A stretch of 64,000 nucleotides of DNA from an uncultured Chloroflexia bacterium. GTDB lineage: Bacteria > Chloroflexota > Anaerolineae > CG2-30-64-16. The stretch is from contig CAVZDU010000001.1 in the NCBI GenBank assembly GCA_963774265.1, positions 448,001 through 512,000 of the forward strand, read 5' to 3'. A program made the position numbers and the translations under genes. The notes below the pieces were generated by a model. That model was given only the letters and a program-made list of their open reading frames with translations, made no database searches and had not been told where the DNA came from. Of this stretch, positions 60,365-64,000 are shown piece by piece; the first letter of the stretch is position 1, and every line of letters starts with the position of its first letter.

Positions 60365-60877
60365 CTAAAGGATTCTTGCGTAGAGTGTACTGGCTGCCAG
60401 TGCTCCGAACAACATGACGCTCAATCGCAAGAACATACCCGGGAACCCGACCAGAATGAAGCCTATCGCCAGCAGACCCACCACGAACGCTGCTGCAGCA
60501 GCCACCTTCATTCCTTGGACACGCCGCTTGCGCAGGCCGCGCCGGATCACTTCGGCGACGGCTCCGCCTGCTGCTGGGCCGGCGATAAACGCGATGATGA
60601 AGCTGAAGAAGCCAAGGAGACCGATGAATAAGTAGGCCAGCGCGCCAAAAACAGCGCCTAACACCGCAGCGATAAGTACACCGAGCGGTATGTCGTATCC
60701 TTCCCCGTTGTAGTACTTCGCCCGCTGCGCCCTTACGCACTCACGGCAGCGATAACCAACGGGCGTTTGTACTGCGCATTGGTAACAAATGGGCTTCTCG
60801 CAGCGGTTGCAGCGAAGTAGCGTCTCCCGGTCAGGGTGGTTTGTGCAGTAAAGGGGCGACGTCCCTGGTTGCGTCAT
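60365..60877 (-). CDS. B-box-type zinc-finger membrane protein
   Basis: CTNHPDRET..RCNRCEKPICYQC..VGYRCREC followed by TM helices. Confidence 0.78.
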   Translation of the reverse strand: MTQPGTSPLYCTNHPDRETLLRCNRCEKPICYQCAVQTPVGYRCRECVRAQRAKYYNGEGYDIPLGVLIAAVLGAVFGALAYLFIGLLGFFSFIIAFIAGPAAGGAVAEVIRRGLRKRRVQGMKVAAAAAFVVGLLAIGFILVGFPGMFLRLSVMLFGALAASTLYARIL

Positions 60878-60898
60878 TTTGTTCGCCTTTCCCCTCTC

Positions 60899-61749
60899 CT
60901 AGGCTCTCCAGCGGAGTCGATCCATCAGGGTCCGATAGAAATAGGCACGATCCTGGACGTGCACGAAATGCGAGACGTGGCGGCTGGCGCACACCTCCAC
61001 CCGGTCCCCTTCGGCCAGCGTGATTTCAAACTGCCCGTCTACGGTGAGGATGGGAGCATAATCGCCGTGCGCCTCCAGTCCGACTGTTGCGCCCTGCGCC
61101 AGGACGATGGGCCTGTCGAGGCTCAGGTGTGGGCAAATAGGGATGACAAGGATATTCTTAAGCTCAGGCGGGAGGATCGGACCCCCGGCGGCCAGCGCGT
61201 AGCCGGTGCAGCCTGTGGGGGTTGACACAATCACCCCATCGGCCCGATAAGTAGTCAGGTAGCTCTGGTCGACCCAGGTCTGCACGGTGACGATGCGCGC
61301 GAGGCCGCCACGGCTGATCACAACATCATTGATCGCCAGGTAGGAATGGTTGACCGGAGGCTTGCCGGAGCGCGTGACAGCCACATCGAGCAGCATGCGC
61401 TCTTCCAACCAATACTCACCCAAGAGGATCTGCCCCAGTGGCCGTTCCCAGTCTTCAGGTGCAATTTCGGCCAGGAAGCTGACGCGGCCGAGCTTGACGC
61501 CAACCAGGGGAATGGCATCGCTGCCGCCGATGCGCGCTGCGCGCGCAACATGGTGCCGTCGCCGCCCAAGGCAACAAGAATGTCCAGGTTCTGGAGATGG
61601 GCGAAAGCCTCTGGCTCGTCCCAGGCAGAGCCGATCCATACCGTGCAACCACGTGCTTGAAGGAACTCCCGCATCTGCTCGGCCAGAGGTCCGCTTTCGG
61701 GCTTCTTTGGGTGGCACAGGATACCGAAGTGTCGCGGAGGATTTTGCAT
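60899..61749 (-). CDS. nadK: NAD kinase, frameshifted near 61543
   Basis: LGGDGTMLR in ORF 61318..61749; GVKLGRVSFL, AIND, ADGVIVSTPTG.T.Y..AAGGP, VDG in ORF 60899..61717. Confidence 0.92.
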
Positions 61750-61753
61750 GATC

Positions 61754-63019
61754 TTACGCCTGTCCCAGTCGGGCGCGCAGCCAGTCCAGGACTTCCTCGC
61801 TCTTCACCGACGTTTGCTGGCTCGTGGCCATTTCGCGCACCAGGACGGTGCCTTGGGCCAGCTCCTGTTCTCCCAGGATCAGCGTGTAGTCGATGTGGGC
61901 CTTGTCCGCGCCCTTGAGTTGCGATTTGAGGCTGCGGCCGCCGAACGCGAGCAGCGCATCGATTTCAGCTTCACGAAGCTGGCGGACCAGCTTGATGGCG
62001 GACACGCGCGCCTGCTCACCCAATGGCGAGACCTGGACGCGAGGCGCCGGCAGCGGCGGTGGCTGCACCTCCTGCTGCTTCAGGCTGGCGATGACGCGCT
62101 CGATGCCCATGCCGAATCCGATGCCCGGTGTAGGCGGCCCGCCTAGTTCCTCGATGAGTCTGTCGTAGCGCCCTCCGCCGCACACAGCCGCCTGCGCGCC
62201 GATGCCCTTGGCCCAGACCTCGAAGACAGTCTTCGTGTAATAGTCGAGGCCGCGCACCAGCCGGAAGTTGATGCTGTGTGGCATGTTGAGCGCGTCAAGA
62301 TAGCCGCGCAGCGTCGCCAGGTGCGCGGCGCACTCTTCGCACAAATAATCCGCACTGTGCGGCGCGGCGTCGAGCAGCGGCTGCGCGGCCTCCTCTTTGG
62401 AGTCAAGCAGGCGCAACGGGTTGATGGACAGCCGGCGGCGGTCCACCTCGTTAAGGAGGTCTTCGTATTCGCGGAAGTAGTCGATCAGTGCCTGGCGGTA
62501 GGCTGGGCGGCACTTAGGACAGCCCGTCGAATTGAGCTGGAAGCTCAGGCCGCGATAACCAAGCCGGGTGAGCAGCGTCCAGGCGACCGACATAACCTCC
62601 AGATCGACGGCAGGGTCGATTTCACCCAGCACCTCCACGTTAAACTGGTGGTGCTGGCGAAATCTTCCGGCCTGAGGCCGTTCGTACCGGAAGATGGGGC
62701 CCATCGAATAGAGCTTGACCGGCTGCGGCCAAACATGCATGCCGTGTTCGATGTAGGCACGCATTACTCCCGCGGTCCACTCGGGCCGCAGTGTGATTTC
62801 CGCCCCGCCCTTGTCTTGGAAGGAGTACATCTCCTTATCGACAATGTCGGTGCCCTCACCGACCCCGCGCACATAGAGTCCGGTCTCCTCGAAGATCGGT
62901 GTATCGATCTGGACAAATCCGAACAACGCGGCCACCGTGTGCATCTCTTCCGTGACATAGCGCCAATAGGGGCGATCAGCCGGCAGGATATCTTGCGTGC
63001 CGCGAGGCGCCTGATACAT
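61754..63019 (-). CDS. hisS: Histidine--tRNA ligase
   Basis: APRGTQD, TPIFE, KEMYSF, FRYERPQAGRFRQ, LVRGLDYY, GGGRYD, GFGMGIER. Confidence 0.96.
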   Translation of the reverse strand: MYQAPRGTQDILPADRPYWRYVTEEMHTVAALFGFVQIDTPIFEETGLYVRGVGEGTDIVDKEMYSFQDKGGAEITLRPEWTAGVMRAYIEHGMHVWPQPVKLYSMGPIFRYERPQAGRFRQHHQFNVEVLGEIDPAVDLEVMSVAWTLLTRLGYRGLSFQLNSTGCPKCRPAYRQALIDYFREYEDLLNEVDRRRLSINPLRLLDSKEEAAQPLLDAAPHSADYLCEECAAHLATLRGYLDALNMPHSINFRLVRGLDYYTKTVFEVWAKGIGAQAAVCGGGRYDRLIEELGGPPTPGIGFGMGIERVIASLKQQEVQPPPLPAPRVQVSPLGEQARVSAIKLVRQLREAEIDALLAFGGRSLKSQLKGADKAHIDYTLILGEQELAQGTVLVREMATSQQTSVKSEEVLDWLRARLGQA

Positions 63020-63121
63020 GCTTGCCTCCAAATCCGATTTCCGCACCTCTCGATGGAGGACGGCAACGGTCGGATTATAGCTTATTCAGGTGCCCTTGTC
63101 TAAGCAGAACACGCAAAAGTT

Positions 63122-64000
63122 CTATGACTTGGGTGGGTGCACGCTGAGGTATTGGTGCAGAAATGGGAAGGTTGCGTCCAGTAACTCGTAGCTTTCCCAG
63201 CCGGGGGATGCGGCGGCTGCGAAGATGGCGGCGCCGAGGACATACGAGTCCTGTTGCAGGTGTGCATCGTACCAGGCGAGTTGTTCGATATAGTTGCCCG
63301 GTGCGTCGGTCCCCATGCCGAGTGAATCCCAGTAAGTGGCGAAGTCGATCCAACCTTTGCCGTCCGGGCCAGGGCGGTTCGTAACGAGCCCATCGATGCC
63401 GACTTCGGTCAGCAGTATCGGAATGTTGAGTTTGTTTGGCTTGAGATAGCCGCTGTAGACCTTGCGATAGCGGAGGGTTAGCCAGCCCTCATCCGCACCG
63501 TTAACAGCCCAGCCAAGTGGATCCTGTGACGTTCCATACTGCAGCGTGGGCGCACCGTATTCGTGCAGACCCAGGTAGCCTTTGTGTTTGATGGCGGCTT
63601 CTATGGCGGGTCGAAACTGCGGCCACCATTCGAGAGGCGGGCTGCCTGAGCTGAAGTTGCCGATGCATGAGCGGATGCCTGCCCCTGCGAATAGTTCAAC
63701 GCGATGGGCTTCGAACTCCGCAAGGCGGCTCATCTGGTCCTGATCGCCGGGGGCCGGTTCGTTGAACGATTCCCATGCGTCGATGGCAGCCATGCGCCTT
63801 GGCTCGGTCGCAATCGGCAACAACTGGTCTGCGAAGGCCTGAGCCGCCGCTTTGGGATCGGCCATGTCTGCCAGGTTAACCTGGGGGACATCCATGCGTC
63901 CAACAACAAGCGTCTTGGGTGAGATGGACTTGATTTCAGCCACGAAATTCGGATCGTATTCCAGCGTTTTGACCAGCGTCACGTTCCCGGTACGCAGCAA
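63122..64000 (-). CDS. Hypothetical protein with glycoside-hydrolase-like barrel; 5' end outside window
   Basis: Open to the window edge; WESFNEP, LGLHEY and ILLTEVG resemble clan GH-A acid/base and nucleophile motifs. Confidence 0.6.
   Translation of the reverse strand: MLRTGNVTLVKTLEYDPNFVAEIKSISPKTLVVGRMDVPQVNLADMADPKAAAQAFADQLLPIATEPRRMAAIDAWESFNEPAPGDQDQMSRLAEFEAHRVELFAGAGIRSCIGNFSSGSPPLEWWPQFRPAIEAAIKHKGYLGLHEYGAPTLQYGTSQDPLGWAVNGADEGWLTLRYRKVYSGYLKPNKLNIPILLTEVGIDGLVTNRPGPDGKGWIDFATYWDSLGMGTDAPGNYIEQLAWYDAHLQQDSYVLGAAIFAAAASPGWESYELLDATFPFLHQYLSVHPPKS

Overview
64 kb of GC-rich bacterial chromosome, probably Chloroflexota (Anaerolineae/Caldilineae-like; inferred from gene content only). 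It is mostly housekeeping genes (priA, gmk, tmk, ftsH, recD2, hpt, pepF, recN, nadK, hisS). I saw no rRNA, tRNA, CRISPR array, transposase or prophage. Seven conserved genes are split by single small indels, most likely long-read assembly errors. Main points of interest: (1) a tightly coupled four-gene sphingolipid/ceramide-type operon at 42.3-46.4 kb (SPT-like enzyme, bCerS-type GNAT acyltransferase, extended SDR reductase, and an SDR strongly resembling eukaryotic KDSR); (2) a DnaA-box/GC-clamp/DnaA-trio element at 35.34-35.61 kb that looks like a chromosomal origin not adjacent to dnaA; (3) next to it, a ~275-nt multi-hairpin non-coding transcript bounded by a promoter and terminator; (4) a B12 neighbourhood with two CarH/LitR-type regulators and their operator repeats, a Crp/Fnr gene, and a cobalamin riboswitch controlling an ECF transporter plus 'split transcobalamin-like' proteins; (5) a selenocysteine-containing SelD that the ORF track truncates; (6) an Hrq1/MrfA-type helicase with an HNH domain inserted in its DUF1998 region. 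All family assignments come from motifs read by eye, not from database searches.
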